A DNA stretch of 61,832 nt, the filler included, from Spirochaetales bacterium (GTDB lineage Bacteria; Spirochaetota; Spirochaetia; Treponematales; UBA12059): the NCBI GenBank assembly GCA_016928955.1. It is 5 parts of 5 records of this genome, joined end to end, with 100 filler letters (N's around TTAATTAATTAA, not from the genome) between each part and the next. Parts side by side here need not be neighbours in the genome. Positions count along the whole stretch, not along the records: positions 1 to 8,840 come from JAFGJV010000009.1; positions 8,941 to 32,515 come from JAFGJV010000011.1; 3 more parts are not named here. One strand, written 5' to 3'. Both the position numbers and the translations under genes were made by a program. The notes beneath the pieces were generated by a model. The model ran no database searches. It was given only the letters and a program-made list of their open reading frames with translations, and was not told the DNA's origin. Of this stretch, positions 1 through 9,052 are shown one piece after another; position 1 is the stretch's first letter, and each line of letters begins with the position of its first letter.

Positions 1-87
1 AACATCTGAGCAGTGGCTCAACGGCAAACGGTATCTACCGGCTGAACAGACCCAATCGTAAATTTACAGAAAAGAGCTTGACCAATC
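1..87 (+). mobile_element. IS256-family element right end (transposase C-terminus plus terminal inverted repeat), cut by window start
   Basis: 2..61 reads TSEQWLNGKRYLPAEQTQS*, like the IS256 transposase tail (E-W..G.RYL). It is followed by AAATTTACAGAAAAGAGCTTGACCAATC, resembling IS256 IRs. An identical 86-bp copy lies at 38729-38814 with a different flank. Confidence 0.8.
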
Positions 88-201
88 GCCGTCTATGCAG
101 TATTTGACCGGACAGACCGCTATGCACATGTGGCAGTTGACGCATTTGTCCTTGTCCACGCCTATGACGGGAAACAATGGTTTGACGGCATATTCTGACA
201 T
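88..201 (-). pseudogene. 5' fragment of a 4Fe-4S ferredoxin-domain protein (resembles N-terminus of [FeFe]-hydrogenase-like sensory proteins), interrupted by the IS
   Basis: MSEYAVKPLFPVIGVDKDKCVNCHMCIAVCPVKYCIDG has CxxCxxCxxxCP; the frame runs directly into the IS end at 87. Confidence 0.7.
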
Positions 202-414
202 CCTGCGCTCCCCGGGCATTTGCCCACATGGAACTGCCGCCGGCCCGAAGGCACCCGACCCGCCAGCCCCCAAACCCGGGGCCAGGGCGGCCGTGGCGCT
301 TGAACTGCTGGGCAGCCTGACCAGCGACGTATCTGCAAGTGTAGGTTTTTTGGTTGGGAAATCAATATCAGGGTCCGAAATCGGTTGCAAAATGTCTGTT
401 TTGTGCATCAAACT

Positions 415-588
415 AGTGTCACGAAGCTTTGATGTGGCTGCAATCGAAACTAGTCGGCCTTCAGGGAACGGCAAAAAGCCAGTACCCGAAGGCTACTAGG
501 GCTTACATGCATGCTTTTTGTGAACTGAATGCCCTTCCCAAGCATAACGACAAGGGGTTTTAGAGAGACATCAAAGGTTCGTCACACT
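415..588. mobile_element. MITE-like element with 21-bp imperfect terminal inverted repeats
   Basis: AGTGTCACGAAGCTTTGATGT (415-435) and ACATCAAAGGTTCGTCACACT (568-588) match 19/21 as an inverted repeat; the same terminus recurs at 8755-8775. Confidence 0.55.
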
Positions 589-671
589 CAGGAACGATTG
601 CGTCTCGTTGCGCGGGTGGCCATACGCTATACTGGCCGGGAATTCGGAAAACCGCCGCTTCAGGGGATCAC

Positions 672-2012
672 ATGCACACCGAGCCTTCCGGAAAAACCGC
701 CATCAGGGTTCTAGCGGCCGTATGGCCCACCCAGATCCTGTCCACCCTGGCGTCGGGCATGTCAGCCTTTGCCCTGTCCATCTGGATGTATGAGCAAACC
801 AGGAGCGCGGCCTCCATGGCCTTCATCCACGCCAGCTACATTACGCCTTTCTTATTGGTATCGGTGGTGGCCGGCCCCCTGATAGACCGCTGGAACCGCA
901 AGCTGACCATGGCCATGAGCGACGCTACCGCCGCGCTGGGCACGGCCGCCGTCATGGTAGCCTTTGCCCTGGGCCAGGCGGCTCCCTGGATGCTCTGCGT
1001 GTCTGCCGCCCTGAGCGGTATAGGCAACGCGTTCCAGTGGCCGGCCTTCTCGGCGGTCATAGGCAGCCTGGTGCCAAAAAAACAGCTGGGCAGGGCCAAT
1101 GGCCTCATGGCCTTGATAGACGCTGGCCCCGCGGTACTGGCGCCCATCTTGGCAGGCGCCCTACTGCCGGTGCTCGGCATCACGGGCGTCCTGATATTGG
1201 ACCTGGCCACCTTCGTGCTGGCAGCCGCGTGCATACTGGTGTCGCCCATACCATCTCCGCCCGTAACGGCCGAGGGAACAGCGCTAGGCAAAAAGAGCCT
1301 CTTGGCCGACGCCGCCGTGGGCTTCAGGTACATATTCCAACGGCCAAGCCTGCTTGGGCTCCAGGTTCTGTTCCTGGGCGCCAATCTTTTTGCGGGAATG
1401 GCACAGATCCTGGTGTCGCCCCTGATTCTGGCCAGGAACGCCATGAACCCGGCCGCCCTTGGCACACTCAGGAGCGCCACCGCCCTGGGCGCCTTTGTAG
1501 GAGGACTGGTCATGAGCGCTTGGGGTGGCCCCAAAAAACGCGTGGCCGGCGTGGCTTCCGGCTGGATCCTATACTCGGTCTTTGGCCTGGTGCTCTTTGG
1601 CCTCAACCTGCCCCTGCCTGCGGCCATAGCCCTGTCAGCCATGGCCATGGCCCTGGGGCCGGTGGTCAATGGATCCAACCAGGCTCTGTGGCAGTCCAAG
1701 GTGCCGCCAGACTTGCAGGGCCGCGTGTTCTCGGCACGGCGCCTTATCGCGTGGGTGACCACGCCCCTGTCACCGCTCATCGCGGGCTTTCTGGCCGACG
1801 CCGTGTTTGAGCCGGCCATGGCCCCGGGCACGGTTTTGGGGATGGCCCTTGGTCCCCTGTTCGGCACGGGAGCGGCGGGCGGGATGGGCGTGCTCACCGC
1901 CCTCTGCGGGCTCGCCACGTTGGCCGTGGTTGGCCTGGCCTGGTCCCGCCGTTCGGTGCGAAGGGCCGAGGAGCTGGTACCGGACTGGAGCCCGGCGGAA
2001 ACTAGCGCCTAG
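672..2012 (+). CDS. MFS transporter (DHA3/macrolide-efflux-like)
   Basis: 446 aa, ~12 hydrophobic segments, motif A GPLIDRWNRK and LWQSKVPPDLQGRVFS. Confidence 0.85.
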   Translation: MHTEPSGKTAIRVLAAVWPTQILSTLASGMSAFALSIWMYEQTRSAASMAFIHASYITPFLLVSVVAGPLIDRWNRKLTMAMSDATAALGTAAVMVAFALGQAAPWMLCVSAALSGIGNAFQWPAFSAVIGSLVPKKQLGRANGLMALIDAGPAVLAPILAGALLPVLGITGVLILDLATFVLAAACILVSPIPSPPVTAEGTALGKKSLLADAAVGFRYIFQRPSLLGLQVLFLGANLFAGMAQILVSPLILARNAMNPAALGTLRSATALGAFVGGLVMSAWGGPKKRVAGVASGWILYSVFGLVLFGLNLPLPAAIALSAMAMALGPVVNGSNQALWQSKVPPDLQGRVFSARRLIAWVTTPLSPLIAGFLADAVFEPAMAPGTVLGMALGPLFGTGAAGGMGVLTALCGLATLAVVGLAWSRRSVRRAEELVPDWSPAETSA

Positions 2013-2437
2013 CTTGGCGCGTTATCCGCCACGAACTCCTTGACCGCAGCCTCAATCTGGTCGCGTACGATGCGCACGCGTTCCATGATGGCCTCGTCGG
2101 TGCCGGTGAACGACGAGGGGTCGTCAAACGGCCAATGGCGGCGCTCCACGCGACCGGGGAACACAGGGCAGCGCTCGGCCGCCTCCTTGGAGCACACGGT
2201 GACCACCACGTCAAAGCGGCGCCCGGCATCCCGCAGGTCAAAGACGCTCTTGGTCGGGCGCCCCGCCACATTGATGCCGACCTCGGCCATGGCCCGGGCC
2301 ACATAGGGATTGATGGAGCCCGGCTCGAGCCCCGCGCTCTCCGCGGCAAAGCGCCCGGCGTCATGCCGCTCCAGGAAGGCCTGGGCCATCTGGCTACGCG
2401 CGGAATTGTGCACGCAGAGGAACAGGACGCTCGTCAT
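2009..2437 (-). CDS. arsC: Thioredoxin-dependent arsenate reductase (LMW-PTP family)
   Basis: [16 protein letters not shown]-loop, resolving Cys pair [19 protein letters not shown]. Confidence 0.9.
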   Translation of the reverse strand: MTSVLFLCVHNSARSQMAQAFLERHDAGRFAAESAGLEPGSINPYVARAMAEVGINVAGRPTKSVFDLRDAGRRFDVVVTVCSKEAAERCPVFPGRVERRHWPFDDPSSFTGTDEAIMERVRIVRDQIEAAVKEFVADNAPS

Positions 2438-2452
2438 CGTCGCCTCCCTATC

Positions 2453-3637
2453 TTACGCCCAAGCCCCGAACGCCATGCCCGCTCCCGCTGACAGAACGAC
2501 GACCAGGACCATATACACCAGGGTCTTTTTCCAGCCCAGCTCGCCGGCTATGACCAGTATGGACGGCAGTGACAGGCTCGGCCCCGCGAGCAGGAGGGCT
2601 AGAGCCGGGCCTTGGCCCATGCCTGAGCCGATAAGTCCCTGCACAATAGGTATCTCGGTCAGCGTGGCAAAGTACATGAGGGCGCCGGCAACGGACGCGC
2701 CAAGGTTGGACAGGACGGAGTTACCGCCCACCAGCGACGCCACCCATTGGGTCGGTACAAGGGCCTCATGGCCGGGCCTGCCCAGGAGAAAACCGGCCAC
2801 AAGGACACCGCCGAAAAGAAGCGGAAGTATCTGCAGTGAAAAATCCCGCGTGGCGACGAGCCATTCCAGCCGCTCTTCCCTTTTAAACCAGGCGATCACG
2901 CTGTAGGCCAGAACCAGGGCAAAGCCGCCTGCTATCCAGAACCTGGCCGCGTGCACGGCGTCCCAGGCAGGGCTCCCGCCCCGAGAGTCTGCCCAATTGG
3001 CAAACACCAGGATCCCGACCATGCCGGCCATGTACACGGCCATCTGTCCCAGCGAGCGCGTAGGCTTTTCATCGGGCGGCGCGAACAAGCGAGCGTCCGC
3101 GGCGCGCTTCTGGTCGTCCTTCCTGAAGATCAGGGCCATGACCAGTCCTATGACTATGGAAAACAGGACGGCGCCCACGGCGCGGGCAAGGCCGAGCTTC
3201 CAGCCGAACACCTTGGCAGACAGCACGATGGCCAGGATGTTGATGGCCGGCCCGGAATAGAGAAAGGCTATCGCCGGTCCCAGGCCGGCGCCTTTCTTGT
3301 ATATGCCCTTGAAAATCGGCAGGACCGTGCACGAGCACACCGCCAAAATGGCCCCGGACACGGACGCCACTCCGTAGGCCACGCCTCGGCGGGCATCCGG
3401 CCCCAGGTAGCGCGTGACGGCGCGCTGGTTCAGGAACACGGTGATGGCTCCGGCAATGAACATGGCGGGCACCAGGCACAACAGCACATGGTCGCGCGCG
3501 TATTCCGCCAGCATGAGCACGGCCTCATGGACGGCGGCGGACACTCGGACGGCTTCCCAGGGCACAAAGTACGCTATCAGGAAGACGCCGGCCACCACGG
3601 CCAGCTTCCGGTTCGGAGACAGGTTGCCGCCGCTCAT
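2453..3637 (-). CDS. ArsP-family (DUF318) permease
   Basis: [20 protein letters not shown] and [11 protein letters not shown] motifs; ATG at 3637 overlaps the upstream stop. Confidence 0.85.
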   Translation of the reverse strand: MSGGNLSPNRKLAVVAGVFLIAYFVPWEAVRVSAAVHEAVLMLAEYARDHVLLCLVPAMFIAGAITVFLNQRAVTRYLGPDARRGVAYGVASVSGAILAVCSCTVLPIFKGIYKKGAGLGPAIAFLYSGPAINILAIVLSAKVFGWKLGLARAVGAVLFSIVIGLVMALIFRKDDQKRAADARLFAPPDEKPTRSLGQMAVYMAGMVGILVFANWADSRGGSPAWDAVHAARFWIAGGFALVLAYSVIAWFKREERLEWLVATRDFSLQILPLLFGGVLVAGFLLGRPGHEALVPTQWVASLVGGNSVLSNLGASVAGALMYFATLTEIPIVQGLIGSGMGQGPALALLLAGPSLSLPSILVIAGELGWKKTLVYMVLVVVLSAGAGMAFGAWA

Positions 3638-3867
3638 GGCTTTAAGAGAGCGGCCACCTGGTCGGCGGAGAGGACCTTGCCCGAGCTCAGCACCTTTCCG
3701 TCCACGGCCAGGGCCGGGGTCACAATCACGCCCATGTCCAGAATCGCGTCCATGTCCGTTACCTTCTGGATATCTGCCTCCAGGGCGAGCGCTTCCAGGG
3801 CTGCCTTGGCATTGGCTTCCAGCTGGCGACATTTGGGGCAACCGCCCCCGAGTATCTGAATAGTCAT
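3634..3867 (-). CDS. Small redox-active disulfide protein (MTH895/ArsE thioredoxin-like)
   Basis: MTIQILGGGCPKC...TPALAVDGKV, 77 aa, GGGAGG RBS. Confidence 0.9.
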   Translation of the reverse strand: MTIQILGGGCPKCRQLEANAKAALEALALEADIQKVTDMDAILDMGVIVTPALAVDGKVLSSGKVLSADQVAALLKP

Positions 3868-3888
3868 TGTTGTCCCTCCCACCTAATA

Positions 3889-3906
3889 GTTGCCAAGTAT
3901 GGCAAC
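3889..3906. promoter_or_regulatory. Probable ArsR operator
   Basis: Perfect inverted repeat GTTGCCA-N4-TGGCAAC between the divergent regulator and the ars operon. Confidence 0.6.
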
Positions 3907-3966
3907 CATGGCGCGGACAGTCAAGACGGCATTGACAGACACGGCTGGCGTCGACAAGGTAGGGGT

Positions 3967-4257
3967 ATGGACGCCAAGCGCGACGACTACTGGCGAGAGC
4001 AGGCCGAGCTCTTCAAGGTACTGGCCAACCCGACCCGTCTCATCATCCTGGACAGGCTCAGGCAGGGTCCGCGCTGCGTGTGCGCGCTGGCTGCAGAACT
4101 GGGCCTGGAAAAATCCGTGGCGTCCAAGCATTTGTCAAAACTGAGAAACCTGGGGCTGATCGGCCAGCGGAAAAACGGCACCCTTGTGGAATACCGCCTC
4201 CTTGCTCCCTGCGTGCTGGACATGGCCGTCTGCGTGACCCAAAAGCGGGACGCCTAG
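3967..4257 (+). CDS. arsR: ArsR/SmtB-family repressor
   Basis: AELFKVLANPTRLIIL...RCVCAL...SVASKHLSKLRNLGLI; divergent from ars genes. Confidence 0.85.
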   Translation: MDAKRDDYWREQAELFKVLANPTRLIILDRLRQGPRCVCALAAELGLEKSVASKHLSKLRNLGLIGQRKNGTLVEYRLLAPCVLDMAVCVTQKRDA

Positions 4258-4652
4258 CGCTGGGGCCTGCCCTCGCCGGCCAGCCACAGCCCGAGCGCTG
4301 TCAGGGCCAGGCCGCCTAGCACGTTGACCGACAGGTTCAAAACCCCTCTGCCCCACAATCCAGCCGTGAACATGCGCAGGCTCTCCAGGGAGAACGTGGA
4401 AAAGGTGGTAAAACCGCCCAAAAATCCCGTTGCCAGGAACACGCGGAAGCCGCGCGTCATGATGGCCCTGTCGGCCAGGCCGACCACCACGCCTATCAGG
4501 AAACAGCCGGCCAGGTTGACAAGCATGGTGCCCCAGGCAAAGGATCCGCCCAGGCGCTCGGCGGCGGCCGTGGACGCCAGCCAGCGCGCGCCGGCGCCCA
4601 AGGCGCCTCCGGCAAGGACCAGGGCGGCGTCCGCCCACGACACAGCGCTCAT
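4254..4652 (-). CDS. crcB: Fluoride efflux channel FluC/CrcB
   Basis: GGALGAGARW, GTMLVNLAGCF and GFLGGFTTFSTF signatures. Confidence 0.92.
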   Translation of the reverse strand: MSAVSWADAALVLAGGALGAGARWLASTAAAERLGGSFAWGTMLVNLAGCFLIGVVVGLADRAIMTRGFRVFLATGFLGGFTTFSTFSLESLRMFTAGLWGRGVLNLSVNVLGGLALTALGLWLAGEGRPQR

Positions 4653-6484
4653 ATCTCGTTCCCCTTGAACTGGCTGACGTACAGCCGGTGGTAGAAGCCC
4701 CGCGCTGCCAGAAGCTCGTCATGCGTGCCCCGCTCCACAATGCGCCCGCCGTCTATCACCACCACCAGGTCCGCGTCCCGGATGGTGGACAGGCGGTGGG
4801 CTATTACAAAGCTGGTGCGGCCTTCCATCAGTCGGAGCAGGGAGCCCTGGATCCGCGCCTCAGTGCGCGTGTCCACGGAACTGGTCGCCTCGTCCAGGAT
4901 CAGTATGGACGGGTCTGACAGGATGGCCCGGCTGATAGCCAGCAGCTGGCGCTGTCCATGGCTCAGGTTGCCCGCGCGTTCGGACAGCTCGGTAGCATAC
5001 CCCTTTGGCAGCTGGCGGATAAAGTGGTCGGCATCGGCCAATTTCGCGGCTGCCACGCATTCGTCGTCCGTGGCGTCAAGGCGCCCGTAGCGTATGTTCT
5101 CGAGCACCGTGCCGGAGAACAGGAACGTGTCCTGGAGCACCAGGCCCATGGCCGACCTGAGACCGTTTCTTGGCAGGTCTTGTATGTCTATGCCGTCCAC
5201 CAGGATGTTGCCAGAGTCCAGTTCGTGGAAGCGGGTGAGCAGGCTGATGATCGTTGTCTTTCCGGCGCCCGTAGGCCCCACAAGGGCCACGGTCTGGCCT
5301 GCCTTTACCTCCAGGCTGAAATCCCGGATCACCGGCCGGTCGGGCACGTAGGAAAAATCCACGCTCCGTATGCTTACGTCCCCGCGGAGGGGTACGGGCA
5401 TGGCGGCGCCCGTGCGGTCCGCCTCCTCCGTTGGCGTGTCCATCACCTCGAACACGCGCTCGGCCCCTGCCAGGGCCGCCTGCACAGAGTTGTACAAGTT
5501 GGCCAGGAGCCTGAGCGGAGAGGTGAAGTTGTGCCCGTAGCCTATGAACGTTGCTATGGTGCCCACGCTTGCCATACCTCTCAATGCCAGCCACGCCCCA
5601 AAGCCCGATAGCACCACCACAAAGAAGTTGCCCAACACCTGCATGAGCGGCATCAGAAGCATGGCAAAGGAGTTGGCGTACACGGCCGACTCGAACACGG
5701 CCCGGTTGCGCTCGCGGAAGGCGGCCACGGCCGTTTCCTGGCGCCGGAAGGCCTTGAGCACGCGCTGGCCGCTGATGGTCTCAACGGCCACCGCGTTGAG
5801 CCCGCCAAGATCGGCCTGGAGCCTCCTGAAACCCTTGCGCGTGAACACGGCCACAAAGCGCGTGAACCCGACCATCAGGGGCACCACAAAAAGGCTGGCC
5901 AGGGCCAGGAGGGGATTGAGCGCGAACATGGCCACCAGGATGCCGATCATGGACAGGGTGCCGGCCACCAGCGAAGTGACGTTTTGCGACACGGCCTGGT
6001 TCACCGCCTCTATGTCGTTGACCAGGCGGCTCATCAGGCCTCCGGACGCGTTGGCGTCAAAGAACGACAACGGCAGGTCCTGCATGCGGGCAAACAGGTC
6101 GCCGCGCAAGGTCTTGAGCGCCGACTGGGACACTGACGCCATGATCCAGTTGGCCGCCGCGCTGCACGCGCTGGTGCCCAGGTAGCCGCCCAGCATGGCC
6201 AGGGCCAGGAACCCAAGGCCCTGCGCGCGGCCCGCCCCGATGAAGCGGTCTATTGCCGTGCCCATCAAGTAGGGCCCCAAAAGCCCGAACATGGACGACG
6301 CGAATATCAGGCCGACAACCACGACAAGCGTGGCGCTATACGGCTTGAGGTAGGCGGCCAGGCGGCGGAGCGCCTTGTTCGCGTCGCGGGCCTTCTCAAA
6401 GGTTCTCGGCCTGCCGCCCCTGCGCTGGAAACTGGAGCGGAGGTCCACGGAGGCCACGTGGTCGTCGCCATCATGCCTGGCCAT
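4649..6484 (-). CDS. Heterodimeric ABC exporter subunit (TM288-like)
   Basis: TMD+NBD; GPTGAGKTT, LSHGQRQ, LILDEATS, IAHR. Confidence 0.9.
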   Translation of the reverse strand: MARHDGDDHVASVDLRSSFQRRGGRPRTFEKARDANKALRRLAAYLKPYSATLVVVVGLIFASSMFGLLGPYLMGTAIDRFIGAGRAQGLGFLALAMLGGYLGTSACSAAANWIMASVSQSALKTLRGDLFARMQDLPLSFFDANASGGLMSRLVNDIEAVNQAVSQNVTSLVAGTLSMIGILVAMFALNPLLALASLFVVPLMVGFTRFVAVFTRKGFRRLQADLGGLNAVAVETISGQRVLKAFRRQETAVAAFRERNRAVFESAVYANSFAMLLMPLMQVLGNFFVVVLSGFGAWLALRGMASVGTIATFIGYGHNFTSPLRLLANLYNSVQAALAGAERVFEVMDTPTEEADRTGAAMPVPLRGDVSIRSVDFSYVPDRPVIRDFSLEVKAGQTVALVGPTGAGKTTIISLLTRFHELDSGNILVDGIDIQDLPRNGLRSAMGLVLQDTFLFSGTVLENIRYGRLDATDDECVAAAKLADADHFIRQLPKGYATELSERAGNLSHGQRQLLAISRAILSDPSILILDEATSSVDTRTEARIQGSLLRLMEGRTSFVIAHRLSTIRDADLVVVIDGGRIVERGTHDELLAARGFYHRLYVSQFKGNEI

Positions 6485-8219
6485 TGAGTCCTCCCCCCAG
6501 CTGCGAATCAAAGATTTCGCGGTATATGCCACCCGATGCCAATAGTTCGGCGTGCGTGCCGACCGACGCCACCCGCCCCCCGTCGAGCACGACGATGGAG
6601 TCCGCGTTCAGCACCGTGCTCACCCGTTGGGCGACCATGAATACCGTGCCGCCGCGCAGGTAGGCGGACAGGGAATCGTGCATCCGCGTTTCCGTCTCCA
6701 CGTCCACCGCGCTGGTGGCGTCGTCCAGGATCAGGATGCCAGGTCTTGCTATGATGGCGCGGGCTATGGCCAGGCGCTGCTTCTGCCCGCCGGACAGGTT
6801 GACGCCGCGTTCCTCAATATGTGTGTCGTAGCCCTCGGGTAGGCCGGCCACAAAATCGTGGGCGCAGGCCGCGCGGGCCGCCTCCTCAACCTCGGCATCC
6901 GTGGCGTCCGGCTTGCCCCACCGTATGTTGTCGGCCACCGAGCCCGCGAACAGCACGGTCTCCTGCGGCACGATTGCTATGCGTCGCCTGAGTGACGCCT
7001 CCGACGCCCGCCGGACGTCCACGCCGTCAAGCGCCACGGAACCCCGTTCGGGATCGTAAAAGCGCGGCAAGAGCTTGGCCAAGGTGGATTTTCCGGCGCC
7101 CGTGGCGCCAAGGACGGCGACCACGCTGCCCGGCTGTATGGTCACGTTCACATCGTCCAGGGCGGGCTCATCCCTCTCTCCGTCATAGCGGAAGGTCACG
7201 CCCCGAATGTCGGCGCCGCTGGCGGCTTTGGCCGGAAGATCCTCGGGCCGCTCGTCTTCCACGATCAAGGGCTGTTCGTCCAGTATCTCGTTCACGCGCT
7301 TGGCCGACGCCAGGCCGTTGGCCCAGGTTGTGGACAGCTGGGTCATCAACACCAGCGGATGCAAGGTGGCCACCAGGTAATTGGCAAAGGCGACAATCTG
7401 GCCCACTGATAACCCGTCCCGCCCCCCGCGGGAGCCGCCCAGCCATATCACCAGCACGATGCCAGCGTTCACCAGCACCGTGATGACCGGGGACATGGAC
7501 GCCATAAACTTCATGGTCCGCACCGAGCCTTCCATCAGCCGCTCGTTGGCCTGCCCGAAACGCTCCTCTTCATGGCGCTTTCTCACAAAGGCCTTGACCA
7601 GCCGCACGCCCGCTATGTTTTCCTGCAGGATGGTGTTCAGCCTGTCCAGCCGTTCCTGCACGCCTCGGAATACCGGTTCCATGCGCGCGCTGAACAGCCA
7701 GATGATGAGCCCCGCGGCCACGAGCAGCGGCATGATGGACAGGGCCAAGGTCGGGCTTGTGACGAACATCAGCACCACGGCTCCCAGACCGGACAGGGGC
7801 GCTCGCGTCCCAATGCGAAGAGTCACCTGGACCAGACGTTGTACCGCGGCCGTGTCGCTAGTCAGCCGTACCAGAAGTTGGCCCGTGGAGAATTTGTCCA
7901 AGTTTCCGTGGGACAGGCCCTGGATGTGCTCGTAGAGGTTCTGCCTGAGGTCGCGCGCCACGCTCTCGCCCACTCGTATGGACGACGTGCTGTTGAGCAC
8001 AGCCACCGTTACGTGCGCCAGGGACAGACCCAGCATGACCACGGATAGCCTGATGACCACTCCCAGGTCCAGCTGGCGCACGCCCTCGTCTATCAGGCGG
8101 CCAACCAGCCGGGGTATGGACAGGTCCAGGACGACCATTGCGGCCAGCATAACCAGCGAAAAAAGCGCCGTGCCCGAGTAGGGCGTGACAAAATGCCACA
8201 GCTTCTTGATATCCTTCAC
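6471..8219 (-). CDS. Heterodimeric ABC exporter subunit (TM287-like, degenerate site)
   Basis: GTG start; GATGAGKST, LSGGQKQR, LILDDATS (E->D), VAQR (H->Q). Confidence 0.9.
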   Translation of the reverse strand: MKDIKKLWHFVTPYSGTALFSLVMLAAMVVLDLSIPRLVGRLIDEGVRQLDLGVVIRLSVVMLGLSLAHVTVAVLNSTSSIRVGESVARDLRQNLYEHIQGLSHGNLDKFSTGQLLVRLTSDTAAVQRLVQVTLRIGTRAPLSGLGAVVLMFVTSPTLALSIMPLLVAAGLIIWLFSARMEPVFRGVQERLDRLNTILQENIAGVRLVKAFVRKRHEEERFGQANERLMEGSVRTMKFMASMSPVITVLVNAGIVLVIWLGGSRGGRDGLSVGQIVAFANYLVATLHPLVLMTQLSTTWANGLASAKRVNEILDEQPLIVEDERPEDLPAKAASGADIRGVTFRYDGERDEPALDDVNVTIQPGSVVAVLGATGAGKSTLAKLLPRFYDPERGSVALDGVDVRRASEASLRRRIAIVPQETVLFAGSVADNIRWGKPDATDAEVEEAARAACAHDFVAGLPEGYDTHIEERGVNLSGGQKQRLAIARAIIARPGILILDDATSAVDVETETRMHDSLSAYLRGGTVFMVAQRVSTVLNADSIVVLDGGRVASVGTHAELLASGGIYREIFDSQLGGGLNGQA

Positions 8220-8671
8220 GCCGTGCCCTCCGGGCCGCCGAACACCAGCCGGAGGCTGTCCAGCGCCGCTCGGACTACTTCTAGCTGGCCGGCATCCAAA
8301 GATGCCAGCCGCCCTTCTATCCACGCCCGCGTCTCGTCGAGCTTGTCATCAAGCACTTTTGCGGCGAGCGGCGTCAGGGCAAGCGCCACGCGCCGCCTGT
8401 CGCCTTCCTCCTGAGCCCGCGTAACTAGCCCCTTGGCTACCAAGGCGTCAATGGCCTGGCTGATGGCCGGCACGCTGACCTGGCGCCGCGAAGCCAGTTC
8501 CGTGGCGTTCCCGCAACCTGCGCGTATATGCCTGAGGACATGGAACTGTTCCAAGGTCACGCCCAGGCTACCCGTGGACGCCTCACGTATCACCGAGCGC
8601 ACGCGCTCCCACACCAAGGGGATAGTGTCCAGAACTTGAGCCGCCACGGGGCCTCTCCGAGCCTTGCCCAT
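8216..8671 (-). CDS. MarR-family regulator
   Basis: LTLEQ-type helix, wHTH with GLVTR...DRR; first gene of the ABC-fluC operon. Confidence 0.88.
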   Translation of the reverse strand: MGKARRGPVAAQVLDTIPLVWERVRSVIREASTGSLGVTLEQFHVLRHIRAGCGNATELASRRQVSVPAISQAIDALVAKGLVTRAQEEGDRRRVALALTPLAAKVLDDKLDETRAWIEGRLASLDAGQLEVVRAALDSLRLVFGGPEGTA

Positions 8672-8688
8672 ATAGATAAGCTCCTTAA

Positions 8689-8708
8689 TAGTTAATCTAC
8701 TTAAGTAG
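8689..8708. promoter_or_regulatory. Probable MarR operator
   Basis: AT-rich inverted repeat TAGTTAA-N5-TTAAGTA overlapping palindrome CTACTTAAGTAG just upstream of marR. Confidence 0.5.
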
Positions 8709-8754
8709 TATACGTGTAAAGGCCGGCACGAAGCAAGCGTCTATACCTTTGCTT

Positions 8755-8840
8755 AGTGCGACGAAGCTTTGATGTGAAATTCTGATAACTTCCGTTGGAC
8801 TAGCACAACCTTCTTTGAAATTAGGGAACGTCTCGGTTTC
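8755..8840. mobile_element. End of a second MITE/IS of the 415-588 family, cut by contig end
   Basis: AGTGCGACGAAGCTTTGATGT at 8755-8775 matches 415-435 at 19/21; the interior differs. Confidence 0.5.
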
Positions 8841-8940
8841 NNNNNNNNNNNNNNNNNNNNNNNNNNNNNNNNNNNNNNNNNNNNTTAATTAATTAANNNN
8901 NNNNNNNNNNNNNNNNNNNNNNNNNNNNNNNNNNNNNNNN
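8841..8940. other. Artificial contig linker
   Basis: N-run with TTAATTAATTAA six-frame stop, 100 nt. Confidence 0.98.
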
Positions 8941-9052
8941 CCGCTTCGCGTATCTGCTCCCGGAATAAAAAAAAGCCGAGTTCAGAGGGGGCGCGCTGAG
9001 GCGAGTGCCGCGCCCTTAAGGGGCGGCACTCGCAGGTGGGTGCATTGATCGA

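Noticed and set aside
4653..4760. Fluoride riboswitch before crcB
   Set aside because: The upstream region is ABC coding sequence and no aptamer consensus was recognised.
6471..8219. Degenerate ABC motifs as a novelty
   Set aside because: This is the standard asymmetry of TM287/288-type exporters.
8885..8896. TTAATTAATTAA recurring four times
   Set aside because: Artificial stop linker inside N-runs; ORFs crossing the gaps are artefacts.
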